Source of the DNA: Takakia lepidozioides
Taxonomy: Eukaryota; Plantae; Bryophyta
Direction of reading: 5' to 3'
DNA length: 64,000 bases
NCBI GenBank assembly: GCA_030704615.1
Contig: CM060731.1
Location: forward strand, 19,468,001-19,532,000
Below the pieces are notes generated by a model. That model did no database searches. It was not told the DNA's origin and was given only the letters and a program-made list of their open reading frames with translations. The first letter of the stretch is position 1. Every line of letters starts with the position of its first letter. Shown here in pieces: positions 49,663 to 62,300 of the stretch. Position numbers and translations under genes: made by a program.

Positions 49663-52596
49663 TCACCAGTAATCCCCACAAGAACAAACCCCATCTTCAA
49701 AGTGGTGAAAGCGGTTAGCGTCCCGTACAACAATTGCCCGGCCAACAATCTTTGAGATAAATTTGGTGGAGGTGTGGCAGTCACCACACACCCGAAGATT
49801 CTTGATGAGACGGAGAGGCGTCCTCGGGGCCGTGCTGATCAGCCCAAAACCAATGGCCAGCTTCTCACTGTGGTGGCAAAGAGAAAATTCCTTTTGCTCC
49901 TCCCCCACGTCATGCAATACAAAGCGCGTGTCAGGCACATACCCTGCCTCCTTCATCTGCCCAGACAATCTTCTAAGCTCAGCATGGACTTCCTTAATCT
50001 TGGGATGCAATTTGTCATCTACAACAAAGGTGTGCACCCTGTTGCCAACCTCTATGCAGCAGCAACCTGGCTCCTTCCTAACCCCTCTGACCTTCATCAT
50101 TTTTCTCACCTTTGCACTATCATCCCACCTGCCATCTGCGGCATAGATGTTTGATAGCAACACATAAGTCGCGGCATCCTGTTCATCCCACTTGAGAATA
50201 GATGTTGCTGCACGTTCAGCCATCTCCACATTGCCATGGATTCTGCAGGCACCAAGCAAGGCCTTCCACACCACAGCATCTGGTTTGATTGGCATTTTAT
50301 TAATGAGGTCCTCTGCCTCATCCAATTGCCCTGCACGTCCAAGAAGGTCCACCATGCAGCCAAAGTGCTTTACTGTGGGAGTGACACCATGATCTTCACT
50401 CAGGGAATCAAAGTAGCGTCTACCTTCATCCAGTAGGCCAGCATGGCTGCATGCAGAGAGAACACATATAAAGGCGATACTGTCCGGCTTCAAGCCTTCC
50501 TTTTGCATTCCCTCAAATAGTTGCAGGGCCTCCCTATGACAACCATGCTGGGCATATCCTGCGATCATCGCATTCCACGACACCACATCTCGTTCAGCCA
50601 TATTGTTGAACACTCCCTTTGCCTCCTGGATGCACCCACATCTGGCATACATGTCGACAAGGCTACTGTTCAGAATGACATCTGGTACAATTCCAGCTTT
50701 GACAATGTCACCATGGACCTCTTTGCCCTTTTCCAGGGCTGCCAGGCTCCCACACGCATTGCAAATGCAGACAAAAGTGATCCGGTCGGGCTTTACCCCT
50801 TCCCGCATCATTTGCTCGTAGGTCTCCAAAGCCTCCATTCCACACCCCTGCTGTGCATATCCTGCGATCATTGCGCTCCAAGACACCACATTTCGTTCAG
50901 CCATTTTGTCGAACACTCCCTTTGCATCCTCAATGCTCCCACATTTGGCATACATGTCCACGAGGGTACTGTTCAGAATGACATCTGGTACAATTCCAGC
51001 TTTGACGATGTCACCATGGACCTCTTTGCCCTTTTCCAGGGCTGCCAGGCTCGCACACGCATTGCAGACGCAAACAAACGTGATCCTGTCGGGCTTCACC
51101 CCTTCCCTCATCATTTGGTCATAGGTCTCCAAAGCCTCCATCCCGCACTCCTGCTGTCCATATCCTGTGATCATCGCATTCCACGACACTACATTTCGCT
51201 CAGCCATATTGTCGAAGACTCCCTTTGCATCCTTGATGCTCCCACATTTGGCATACATGTCCACGAGGCTATTGTTCAGAATCACATCTAGTATAATACC
51301 AGCTTTGACAATGTCACCATGGACCTCTATGCCCTTTTCCAGGGCTGCCAGGCTCGCACATGCATTGCAAACGCAAACAAACGTGATGAGGTCAGGCTTC
51401 ACCCCTTCCCGCATCATTTGCTCATACGTCTCCAAAGCCTCTGTCCCTCGCCCCTGCAGTGCATATCCTGCCATCATCACGCTCCACGACACCACATTTC
51501 GTTCAGCCATATTGTCGAACACTCCCTTTGCATCCTCGATGCTCCGACATTTGGCATACATGTTCATAAGAGCAGTGTTCAGAACAACATCTGGTACAAT
51601 TCCAGCTTTGATGATGTCGCCATGGACCTCTTTGCCCTTTTCCAGGGCTGCCAGACTTGCACACGCATTGCAAACGCAAACAAATGTGATGTGGTTGGGC
51701 TTCACCCCTTCTCGCATCATTTGCTCATAGGTCTCCAAAGCCTCCATTCCTCGCCCCTGCTTTGCATATCCTGCCATCATGGCGCTCCATGACACCACAT
51801 TCCGTTCAGCCATCTTGTCAAACACTCCCTTTGCATCCTCGATGCACCCACATTTGGCATACATGTCCACAAGGGTACTGTTCAGAATGACATCTGGTAC
51901 AATTCCAGCTTTGATGATGTCATCATGGACCTCTTTGCCCTTTTCCAGGTCTGCCAGGTTAGCACACGCATTGCAGACACAAACAAACGTGATGTGGTTG
52001 GGTTTCACCCCTTCCCGCATCATTTGCTCATATGTCTCCAAAGCATTCCTACCATACCCATGCTTGGTAAATCCTGCCATCATTATATTCCATGTGATCA
52101 AACATCGTCGAGGCATTCTGTTGAACACTTGATGCGCATCCACAATGCTCCCGCACTTAACATACATGTCGACAAGGGTGTTGTGCAGAAAAACGTTTGG
52201 CTGGAATCCACTTTGGATAATGTGAGCATGCACCTGCTTTCCAGCTTCCAGGCCTTTCATCTTGATGCACTTACGCAAGAGACAGACATAAGTCTCCGAA
52301 TCTGCTGAAATGCCTCCTTGGTTTAGAGTCTGTAGAGCCTCTTTCAGACGCCCTGCCTCACAGAGCATCCTCACATGCCTAGAAGTGCCAGAAGATGCAT
52401 TGTAGACTCGCTCTCTTGGTCCTCTTTCGGAAGCTGAGTTCACAGTCAAGGTGCCTGATCTTATCAATTGTGCCACTGCTGCTGCTGGTTCCGCTTCCAC
52501 TTGACCAACTACCCATGCAGGTATTTTGTAGCTATGGATCCTCCACAGGGAATCATAGGTAATCTTGTGCTTGAAATCGGGCCCTCTTGGATGAAT
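49663..52596 (-). CDS. PLS-class PPR protein with E1/E2 and DYW deaminase (organellar C-to-U editing factor), main exon
   Basis: Intact ORF with 20 L/S/P motifs, E1/E2, PG box, HSEKLA, CGDC and terminal DYW. The exon starts at acceptor ccag|ATT CAT CCA (52596). Confidence 0.97.
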   Translation of the reverse strand: MHPRGPDFKHKITYDSLWRIHSYKIPAWVVGQVEAEPAAAVAQLIRSGTLTVNSASERGPRERVYNASSGTSRHVRMLCEAGRLKEALQTLNQGGISADSETYVCLLRKCIKMKGLEAGKQVHAHIIQSGFQPNVFLHNTLVDMYVKCGSIVDAHQVFNRMPRRCLITWNIMMAGFTKHGYGRNALETYEQMMREGVKPNHITFVCVCNACANLADLEKGKEVHDDIIKAGIVPDVILNSTLVDMYAKCGCIEDAKGVFDKMAERNVVSWSAMMAGYAKQGRGMEALETYEQMMREGVKPNHITFVCVCNACASLAALEKGKEVHGDIIKAGIVPDVVLNTALMNMYAKCRSIEDAKGVFDNMAERNVVSWSVMMAGYALQGRGTEALETYEQMMREGVKPDLITFVCVCNACASLAALEKGIEVHGDIVKAGIILDVILNNSLVDMYAKCGSIKDAKGVFDNMAERNVVSWNAMITGYGQQECGMEALETYDQMMREGVKPDRITFVCVCNACASLAALEKGKEVHGDIVKAGIVPDVILNSTLVDMYAKCGSIEDAKGVFDKMAERNVVSWSAMIAGYAQQGCGMEALETYEQMMREGVKPDRITFVCICNACGSLAALEKGKEVHGDIVKAGIVPDVILNSSLVDMYARCGCIQEAKGVFNNMAERDVVSWNAMIAGYAQHGCHREALQLFEGMQKEGLKPDSIAFICVLSACSHAGLLDEGRRYFDSLSEDHGVTPTVKHFGCMVDLLGRAGQLDEAEDLINKMPIKPDAVVWKALLGACRIHGNVEMAERAATSILKWDEQDAATYVLLSNIYAADGRWDDSAKVRKMMKVRGVRKEPGCCCIEVGNRVHTFVVDDKLHPKIKEVHAELRRLSGQMKEAGYVPDTRFVLHDVGEEQKEFSLCHHSEKLAIGFGLISTAPRTPLRLIKNLRVCGDCHTSTKFISKIVGRAIVVRDANRFHHFEDGVCSCGDYW

Positions 52597-52865
52597 CTGG
52601 ACCCACACTCTATCCCTGCTCCTTCAGCTATCCCTGCCACTGCACCAGTCACCTACAGATCCTTGACTTGCTGCTAGCAGCTGACGATGACAGCCTAGAA
52701 TTCTTCTAGAAAACACCCCAACGCTACTCATCACACACTAGTTCCTATGCTAAATAGCTTCCAAGACTTTAAAAATGTGCTGGGGAGAGAGAGGATGACA
52801 ATTCCAGCAAAGATTTCCATTGTATGTTGTTGTCTTCTTCTCTCTGTAACCTAACAGGCATTCAC

Positions 52866-54340
52866 CTTTTTGCCTCGATTGTCCCACCTTTGACTGGGGT
52901 CGGAATAATACTCATTCCAAAGCTTCTCCCGGTCTCTGTTAGCTGTTTTGGATACTTTCCTGCTGCCATTGGCAGTAACATGTGAAAATCACTCCAAACC
53001 ACCATAGATCCACCCAACAAGCTTACTCGCAGAATTCAACATGAAATGACTCTGGTAAGAGGGAAAAACACAAAGAAACAGGTTAAAGAAGAAGGTGCCC
53101 TCACCACATTGGCCTTGACCTTGTGTCATAACCCTTGGAATCAACCCACCATCAGCGGAAAAGGACCTCTCGTGTGTGCTGCTTGTGCCTGTAGTCAGGT
53201 CATCTCGGATTGGTCTGTGAGGAGAACCACCACGGTGCAGCTGACCAGCCATAGATTTAAACTCCACCTCCTAAGACCAAGCCGACCCTCCCAAGTACCT
53301 TGTAAACACCCGGAAAAACACCAAATCGTGATACTAACAGGAAGAGCAGGATGGACAAACTTCTTCACATCGTACAATAAGAAAGCCATACCTTGCGATT
53401 GCGTTTGTCCCACCATTGAGAAGGATCTTTAAAAAACTCATGCCAGCTCTTCTCCATGCTCCACGGTAGACCTTTGCGCCCAAAAATCCCACATCATCAA
53501 CATTTTCACAAGTTCCCTTATGGAGGAGTGCTAGTGAGCTTTTGACAACATTCATGCAAGTCACTTTGGGCTCCATTGGATTCTACACAAAAAGGAACAT
53601 TCCAACATGTTCAAACTTACACATATGCTAAACCAGCTTATGTCTGTAGTCTGGAGAGTTTGGAGTGGTCTGTGAAAACGACCAGGGAGCAGCTGAGCAG
53701 CCACAGTCTCAAGGAAAAAACCTTGCGCATCCAATTTTGATGCCCTTCTCAGGAAGAAGGGCAACCTCGAGATGGGCAGTAAAAGCAGTTTTTGCTGACC
53801 AAAGAGAGATTTTGACTTCACTCAACAACTAGGGGTACAATCCAGTCCACACACTATGGACTGGATTGCAGCAGTCAAACTCCCATTCTCATCCCACATG
53901 TAGAAAGTTCACCTTGTGAAGGCTACTGTCCCACCGTTGTGACGTACCTTTAAAGAACTCGTTCCAGCGTTTTTCCATGCTCCAGCGTTGACCTACACGC
54001 CCGTTATACCAAATATCGACCTTCCCTACGATTCCGTGCACTTTCTCTTGCTTCTTTGCCCAGAGTACATTCGTTTCTGCTGAATTGCGCAAAGGACAAT
54101 TGCGAGCCTTGATCCGACGGCACATACATACAATACAGCAACCCCAAAAACTGCCAAGTGTTTCGTATCATTACTTAATTTGAATGGCATCCCTGAAGGC
54201 GCCATAGCCACCACTTGCAAGCGACTCCGCCCTCTGCCCATCGCCAAGGGGATGCTCCTTTCGCCCAGCCCTATCATCCGCTGCAGACGCGACGCCTCTC
54301 GCATCACCGAATCGAATAGAGAGCACCAGGGCCCCATGTA
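52866..54340 (-). CDS. Putative upstream exons of the PPR-DYW gene: targeting-peptide-like segment and three PDF-motif first halves
   Basis: REKLWNEYYSDPSQRWDNRGKK|gt (ends 52866), MEKSWHEFFKDPSQWWDKRNRK|gt (~53392-53457) and MEKRWNEFFKGTSQRWDSSLHK|gt (~53913-53978); Arg/Ser-rich segment at ~54190-54340. The exact gene model is uncertain. Confidence 0.65.
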
Positions 54341-55242
54341 TTCTAAGTTAGAACTGGCGCGTAATAAGGTGCTGGCGGAGGGAGCCGTTGTTACAGCGGT
54401 AATAATAAGAGCTGAGGTGGCAGCCTGAACAGCCGAAACGGGATGCAGAATCGGCAACTGGGTGATGATGAATTCCCTCCTCTAGATTGCGCCAGGTAAT
54501 CCTCCTCCAAATCGGCGGAATAAGCCATGAAACTTGCTCTTGACACCTAATAAGGTCAGTTCCAGACTAGCGAACACTTTTTCTTTTTTTCTTTTTTTTC
54601 TATTAGGGAAGGAAACCGGGCCCGAGCCTGCGACAGCCCTCAATTCAGGCCCTGGAAACCCCCTTTCATTTATGGGCCAATGATGGAGGCACACAAGACC
54701 AGTGTTTTTATTTCTCGCGAAATTTCGCACTTTTTCGACATCAAAAATCAAAATCGAATATTCTGTCGTAAATTCCCTATTTTCTCATGGATGAAATCGC
54801 CAAAATTCTCAAAACAAAATATAAATCTTGGATGAAATCGCCTAATATGGATGATATACATGGATGACAGTACAGATGAGGATGATTCTGTCCAAATTTC
54901 AGTGGATGAGTAAAAATTATGGCTATTTCCTGCAAAACTCAGTAGCCACTCCTGTTCTTTTCCAAATTTGAAAATAAACACACTGCACAAGACGATAACA
55001 TCCAGACAGAACAGAGAACGAGCGGGGTAGGGCCGATTCTGCCTTGTAAGCGGCAATTGGGCGAGGCCTGACAGTAAAAGCCGGTTGTGGAGTATTCTTG
55101 CCGCTACGTGGTGCAATCTGATTGGGCTTGAATTATCCCATATCGATTCCCCATGTTCAGAACCCCATGGAGGATATAAACCGGGGTGAGCTTCAAGGGA
55201 ATCGTGGGCAGGCCACCTGGGTGGCCGATTCAGCTTGAGAAT

Positions 55243-58200
55243 TTTATTTTTTATTTATTTATTTTTTAGCAGAAAGGGTTAGTAGCCCTTGAGAACTTTA
55301 TTATAAGTTATTGTGGGGAAAAAAATTAAAACCCCGGATGAGCCATAAGGCGCACATACTGCAAGCAGTGAAGAACGAACCCTTCCTCTCAGTACGAGAG
55401 AATGATCAGTGAAGAAAATCTCTGCCCTAGGGCTGCAACTAAGGGTGAAGCTACTATGTCTGCAGGATCGCGACTATGAGAATTCAATAGTAGAGCCCTA
55501 AGCTATGCATGGTAACCCAGTTTGCATTTTATGAATGCTAGAGAAGAACACCTTAGGAACTCGTTGCCCAAAAAATATCATTCAAAACATCATAGAAAAG
55601 GAAGCAAGTTGGGATCATCTGATCCCTTCCAAATTGGATGCACCCTATGAAAACCGACAACCTTGTTATCCCCTGGAAAGTGAAACAACCCTATCTGTAT
55701 TGAAGCTGGAAGCAGACGATGAGGGCCTAAGGTGCTTCCAGTTGATGCTCCATCAGGAGACACTGTGCACTCACGCCACACAGCAAGCGTGGTGCGGGTC
55801 ATTCCAGACGCAGTTGACGATCTCTGGGGAGTTGCAGATAAGTCCACGGAGGCCCCAGGTGCTTTGGAAGGTAGCATGAATTGCTGCCGCATTGCTTGAA
55901 TTCCGCTCAATATCTGCACATGTTTTGGACCAAGCTTTCCTTGATTCTATCCCCAGATCATAGAAGATATATGCAAACAAGGCAGAAATGGTTAGGGTGT
56001 CACCCGAAAAGGTCTTTTTGCAACGGGCTTTCCATAGGTGCCAAAGTGTGGAGCTCCTGAGGGTCTCAAACACAGGGCAAGATATAGCTCTATGTTTAGA
56101 TCCCTGATTGTAATTTAAAAGGATGTCCAGGGGGGATAAGACCCTATTAATCTGTAGAACACTCTCACCAGAGGCCAGACCTTGGCTGGCGCTTGACATT
56201 GAAGGAGACAATGCTCAAGGGATTCCATGATGTTGTGTGTACAACATTTACATAAAAGAGCTGCCTGGAATTGCAACCACTCCCCCACTTTTAGCACCCT
56301 ATTTGTCACTTGTCAGAGGAAGGCTGCTATTTTTGCTAGTCGACTTTTGATCCAAACAGAGCCCCATATGGCTGGCCAGTTTTCGTTCCTGAAGCCGTAG
56401 TGGTCCCATTTGGCTTCCCACTTATTCTTCAGGCAGTGAAAATTGGAAAGGACTTTGTAACCTTTCCTTGTGGTGTAGGAGAAGAAGGGCTCAGGCTCCC
56501 TAGCATAGCAAACTTCCATGACCACTCCATTGGGTCAAGCTCCAACTCAGCCAGTGGACGACCTCGAATCCAAACAAAGGTGTTGCAATCCAACCATTGC
56601 TGCAGTGGCGTAAGGAGATCTGGTTTGGGGTCCAGGGGTTTGCCTAGAATCGACCATCCGCATATTCTGACAGGGGTAAGTGGCCCTGGAGGTATGTTCA
56701 ATGGGTTTATTGAGAGAAGGGTAAGAGTGAGGGATGTAGGGTCTATGCTGAATGAAAATACAGAGTGGTGGGTGGGATCGATGTCTGTGACAAAAAGAAT
56801 GGTAAGGTTATTTTGCAGGATGACCAGTGCCCAAAAAGGGAGGGAGGGAAGAGATGGACCAACTTGAAGAGATGCAATCCACAGGTAGAGAGCTAATGAT
56901 GTCTTGATAACCAGTGGTCGCTCTAGCCTGTCCAACAATGGGGGCTATGGTTTGTAGTGACTTAAAGGCATTATTTACCCAGATATTGTTGATCTGGCAG
57001 ATCCCGAGACGGGTCCCAGGAAGACCAGCGTTTGGCTTGGTTTTTTTTGCTGAGGAGAAGGATTGTTTGTATTAAGGAACAAGTGTTGGCGAAGAATCTC
57101 GTAGATTGAAGAGGGTGGTTTCTGAACAAGGAATTGTCGAAACCTGCCCCAGGCCCTCCAAATGTTGATCCAGAGATTGGAGCCAACCGGTTTATGCTTG
57201 AAACCATCTGTAATCCATCGTAGAGAGGGAGCCCAATAGGAGACCATCAAAGGGGAGGAGAGAGAGATGTTGTCGTAGACCAGGAACTTCCATAGACCCC
57301 CTTCTGGCCCCAAGAATCTTAGGAATCCATTTGGCCAACAAAGCAGAGATCTGGGTATCTGGGTCTATGATCCCTAGCCCCCCTTTTTTCTTTGGGTGAC
57401 ATATTTGATTCCAAGCCACTTGAGGTCTCTTACTCTCAGTAGAGTTCCCCGCACCCCGTACATAATTTCTAAGGAGCCTTCTAACCTCTTGGATCTGAGA
57501 AGAATTGGGACGCCAAACTGCCGCGTAGAACCAAATCCCCGCAGATAGAATTTGATTGGCAATGATGACCCTTCTTGTTATGGAGAGGTCTTTGCTCCCC
57601 AGTAAGAGAGCTTGTGCTTGAGCTTGGTTAAGACCGGTTTGAATTTCTGAGCGTCAGTGAGCTCTATCCCAAAAGTATAGCCCAAGAGGGTTGTAGTTTC
57701 CCCTGGACGAAGCCATTTTAGGCCATGGTTTGCACCCCAATTAGGAGAGGCAAGCCCTGAAGCTGAAATATCATTTGTCTTGCCTATTGGGCCCGAAAAA
57801 GTGGAAGCAGGGGCAGGGTCTTGTCCATGTGGGTGTGGTAGTGTAGTTGGTATATCGACAAACATTGAGTCAATGACCTGGGACCTTTGCTTGGTAATGT
57901 AGTTGGTTATCCTGAGTCTTTTGATCTGCGTGTCATTCTGAAGCATATATCCCAAGGAGTCTGCCACGACAAGGAAAAGGAATGGAGAAAGAGGACAACC
58001 TTGGCGTACTGATCTCTGTAGGGGGAAGGAGGCTGAAAGTTGACCATTAAGAATGACTCTGCTTGATGAAGAGGTTAGGAGAATCTGAACCCATTTGCAG
58101 AAAGACTGTGGGAACCCTATCCTTGACAGGGCTGCCAGTAGAAAGCTCCACTCAACTCTATCAAAGGCCTCCTCAAAATCTAGGAGGAGCATGGTTATTG

Positions 58201-58480
58201 CTTGGTTAGTTCTGTGAGCAAAATAGAGGAGCTCCTGAGCTAATAACAGGTTGTCTAAGATATACCTTCCTTTCACAAACCCTGTCTGGTTGGGGCGAAT
58301 GATGGAAGGAAGGAGTGGTTGAAGGCGCAGAGCAAGAGCCTTTGCCACTATCTTGTAAGCCACATTCAGTAGAGTAATTGGCCGGTAGTTTGATATATTG
58401 GTCCTGTCTCCTTTTTTAAAAAGTAGAGTGATGACTCCCTGGGACATAGCACTAGAAGCATTTGTGTCATTTACCACTGG
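55243..58480 (-). mobile_element. 5'-truncated L1-type LINE (ORF2 RT plus C-terminal Zn motif) with A-rich tail
   Basis: NYRPITLLN, LDFEEAFDRVEW, RQGCPLSPFLF and CKCCTHNIMESLEHCLLQC; T-rich tract 55243-55267 is the 3' A tail. Confidence 0.93.
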
Positions 58481-59140
58481 GGCAACAACTCATTTTGAGT
58501 CGTAAAAGTCAAAAAACCGAAATCGACTAGAAGTTACAAACGACTAGTTACAACAGACGTGGAAGTTGGGTCGGACATCCAATGATTGGAGTGGTAAAGG
58601 ATGCAGACGCGCAAACAACTGCTCAGCGATTATTGCGATTAATGCTGAAGAACCACGTGGCGTAACCAGACGGACCGCTCGTGCGTCTGACCTTTTGGGC
58701 TGACTTTGACTTTTCTCTCCGGATGAGTGGACTGACTCACCGGAGCATGGTGACACATGGACGCGGACGTGGACGAGAACGTGGACGACGATGTGGACAT
58801 CGACGTGGCGGTGCCACGGCGAGCAGCACTGCTGCCACGTGGTAGTTGACCACATAACTTGCAGTGCTACATGCCCAGTGGCAATTGCGACTGCGGAAGT
58901 CAGTGCAACCACTGCTTTACTACTTTAAATGAAGTGCTCGAAATTACTTGAACAATCACTCATAGTGGTTCATGCTTTGAAGTTTTGGTGTTTGTAATGA
59001 TCCGACTAGTACATACGCATGTAATGCAATACAAGAGAACTAATCATGTCATTAGAAATGCGAAAACAATGAAAGACATGCCATGAAACAAAACAAAATG
59101 AAAATGAAATGAAATGAAACGAATGGTACTTCATTACATC
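58480..59140. repeat. Probable LTR/transposon fragment with a 12-bp periodic GACGTG repeat
   Basis: ggacgcggacgtggacgagaacgtggacgacgatgtggacatcgacgtgg at ~58760-58810; no coding signal. Confidence 0.35.
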
Positions 59141-59314
59141 TGCGGAAAGCTCAAAGAGCTTATGATACAAAATGAAAAAACCAAAGTAAAAAAGCAGCCC
59201 AAAGCTAATACTGCTCTGGGGATTGCCTAAGGGTCAAGGCCTCATGCACTGCCAAGCAATTGTGATCCTCATAATGCAAGGCTCAGTGACAGATTGAGTC
59301 CCACGGAATAGATC

Positions 59315-62300
59315 ATCTACCCATGCAGGTTTCTTGTAGCTATTGATCCACAGTGAATCATAGGTAATCTTGTGCTTGAAATCTGGGCCTCTTGGATGAA
59401 TCTGGACCCACACTCTCTTTGCTCCTTCAGCTACACATGCCTCTGCACAAATCATGCATTCATCCTTGCCTCGCTGCTAGTAGCTGACAATGACAACCTA
59501 GATTATTCTAGGAAATATCCAACTCAGCTTCTCACACTAGTTCCTATGCTGAATGCGTCTGCTAGTCTATGAAATGTAACAGGCATTCACCTTTTTGCCT
59601 TGGTTGTCCCATCATTGACTGGGGTAGAATATTATTCATTCCACAACTTCTCCTCATCTATGTTACTTGTTTTTTGATACTTTCCTGTTGTCACATTGGC
59701 AGTATCATGTCAAAGTCACTCCAAACTAGATTCATTCAACCAGCTAACTTGCAGAATTCAACATGGAAATTTAGGGCCGATTCTGATTAGAGGGAAAAAC
59801 AAGGTGAAATATGTTGAATAAGATGCCTGCCCTCTTGGGTGAATCTGCACCCACACTCTATCCCTGCTCCTTCAACTATCTATGCCTCTGCACAAATCAT
59901 GCATATATCATTGTCTTGCTACTAGCAGCTGATGATGACAGCCTAGCTAGATTTGTTCTTACACCCCAACCCTATTTGGAAAAACAGGCTGAAATGTGTT
60001 GAGAAATGTGTCTTCATTAGCAGCACCTCATTCTATCAATTGTGCTGCCGCTACTGTTTCCATTTGCAACAATTGACCATCTACTCCAGCTGATTTTTTT
60101 TAGTTATTGATCCCTCAGCCTGAACCTGAACATGAATCTGGACCTCTATCCCTAGTCCCTCAGCTATCCCTGCCCTGCCCGTGTACAGATCATGAATACA
60201 TCCCTCAGCCTTGCTGCTAGCAGCTAACAGTGACGGCGTGAAGTTCTTCCAGAAAACACCCCAACCGAGGACTTAACTGTAGTTCCAGTTCTGAATTGCA
60301 ATTGCTTCTCTCTGTAGTCGAACAAGCACTCACTTTTTTGTCTCCATTGTCCCCCCACTGACTGGGGTCGGAAAGTGTTCATCCCAAAGCTTCTCTTCAT
60401 CTTGTTATCTATTTTTGGGTACTTTCCTGCTGCCACATCAGCAGTAACTTGTCAAAGTCACTCCAAACCACCCCACATCCACCCAACGAACTAACTTACA
60501 GCATTCAATATGTAAATTCAGGGCTGGGTCTGATGAGAGGGAAAAATAGGCTGAAATAGGTCGAAGAAGAAGGTGCCCTCACCACATTGTCCTCGACCTT
60601 GTGTCATGACCCATGGAGGATTTCACTGACCATGCACCCAAGAGGACCTCTTGTGTATGCAATGTGTGTGTTGCTTCCACAGGGAATTGTAGGCAATTTA
60701 GAGCTTGAAATCCGGCCCTCTTGGATGAATCTGGACCCACACTGCTCCCTGCTCCTTCAGCTATCCATGCCTCTGCACAAATCATGCATACATCCGTGCC
60801 TTGATGCTAGCAGCTGACAATAGCACTCTAGAATTGTTCCAGCAAACACCCCAACCCTACTTATCACACTAGTTCATATGCTAACTTGCGTCTGCTTCCA
60901 ACAGGCATTCACCTTTTTGCCTGGATTGTTCCACCATTGAGTGGGGTCGGAACCGTATTCATTCCAGAGCTTCTCCACATCTCTATTATCTGTTTTTCGA
61001 TACTTTCCTGTCGACCACATTGGTAGTAACATGTCAAAATCACTCCAACACCACCATAGATCCACCAACGAGCTAACTTGTAGAATTCAACATGAAAATT
61101 TAGGGACGAGTCTGATAGCAGGGGAAAATAGGGTGAAATATGTTGAAGAAGGTACCTACATTAGTAGTGGCCTTGTTCTATCAATTGTGCTGCTGCCATT
61201 GCTGTTTCCAGTTGACCATCTACCCACTTGTAGCCGTTGTGCTATTGAAGAAGGTGCCCCCCCCCCGCCCCCCCCCCTTCCCCCATCATTTGATCATAGG
61301 TCTCCAAAGCCTCCATACCATGTCCCTGCTGTGCATACCCTGCAAGCATCGCGTTCCATGACACCACATTTGGTTCAGCCATAGTGTTGAAAAACTCCCT
61401 TCGCATCCTTAATGCACCCACATTTGGCATAGACGTCCACCAGAGGAGTATTCAGGATGACATCTGGTACAATTCCAGCTTTGACGATGTCACCATGGAC
61501 CTCTTTCCCCTTTTCCAGAGGTCCTAGGCTTGCACACGCATTGCAAACATGTGGAAGCGTGATGTGGTTGGGCTTCACCCCTTTGCGCAACATTTGCTCA
61601 TAGGTCGCCAAAGCATTCCTACCACACCCATGTTTGGTAAATCCTGCCAACATTATATTCCACATGATCAAAGATCGCTGAGGCATTCTGTAGAAATCTT
61701 GGCGAGCATCCATGATGCTCCCGCACTTAACATACATGTTGACAAGGGTGTTGAGTAGAAAAAACATTTGGCATGAATCCACTTTGGATAATGTGAGTGT
61801 GCACCTGACCTAGAGCCTTTGTCAGTTTGCGGTCATGGTTGAGGACGTGCCGCTGCAGCTATTGCCTTTAGTTGACCATCTACCCATTTAGGTTTCTTGT
61901 AGCTATTGATCCACATGGAATCACAGGTAATCTGGAGCTTGAAGTCCGGCCCTCTTGGATGAATCTGGACCCACACTCTATTCTTTCTCCTTCAGCTATC
62001 CATGCCTCTGCACAAATCATGCATTCATCTTTGCCCTTGCTGCTAGCAGCTGACAATGACAACCTAGGAAACACCCAATCACACTAGTTCCTATGTTGAA
62101 TTGCGTCTGCTACTCTTTGTCATCTAATAGGCATTCAACTTTTTGCCTTGGTTGTTCCACCATTCACTGGGGTCAACAAAGTATTCATTCCACACCTTCT
62201 CCTCATCTCTGTTATCTGTTTTGGATACTTTCCTGCTGCCACATCGGCAGTTACTTGTCATAGTCATTTCAAACCACCACAGATCCTCCCAACGAGCTAA

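Noticed and set aside
49663-50080. U-to-C (DYW:KP-type) editing domain
   Set aside because: It has a PG box, HSEKLA and a terminal DYW, i.e. the C-to-U type.
49763-52308. Many plus-strand ORFs over the PPR gene, and similar ones over PTF2 and gag-pol
   Set aside because: They are antisense shadows of real coding sequence.
54760-54910. Clustered TGGATGA motifs (also ~38380-38475 and ~22550)
   Set aside because: Probably transposon-derived, but no termini or TSD could be defined.
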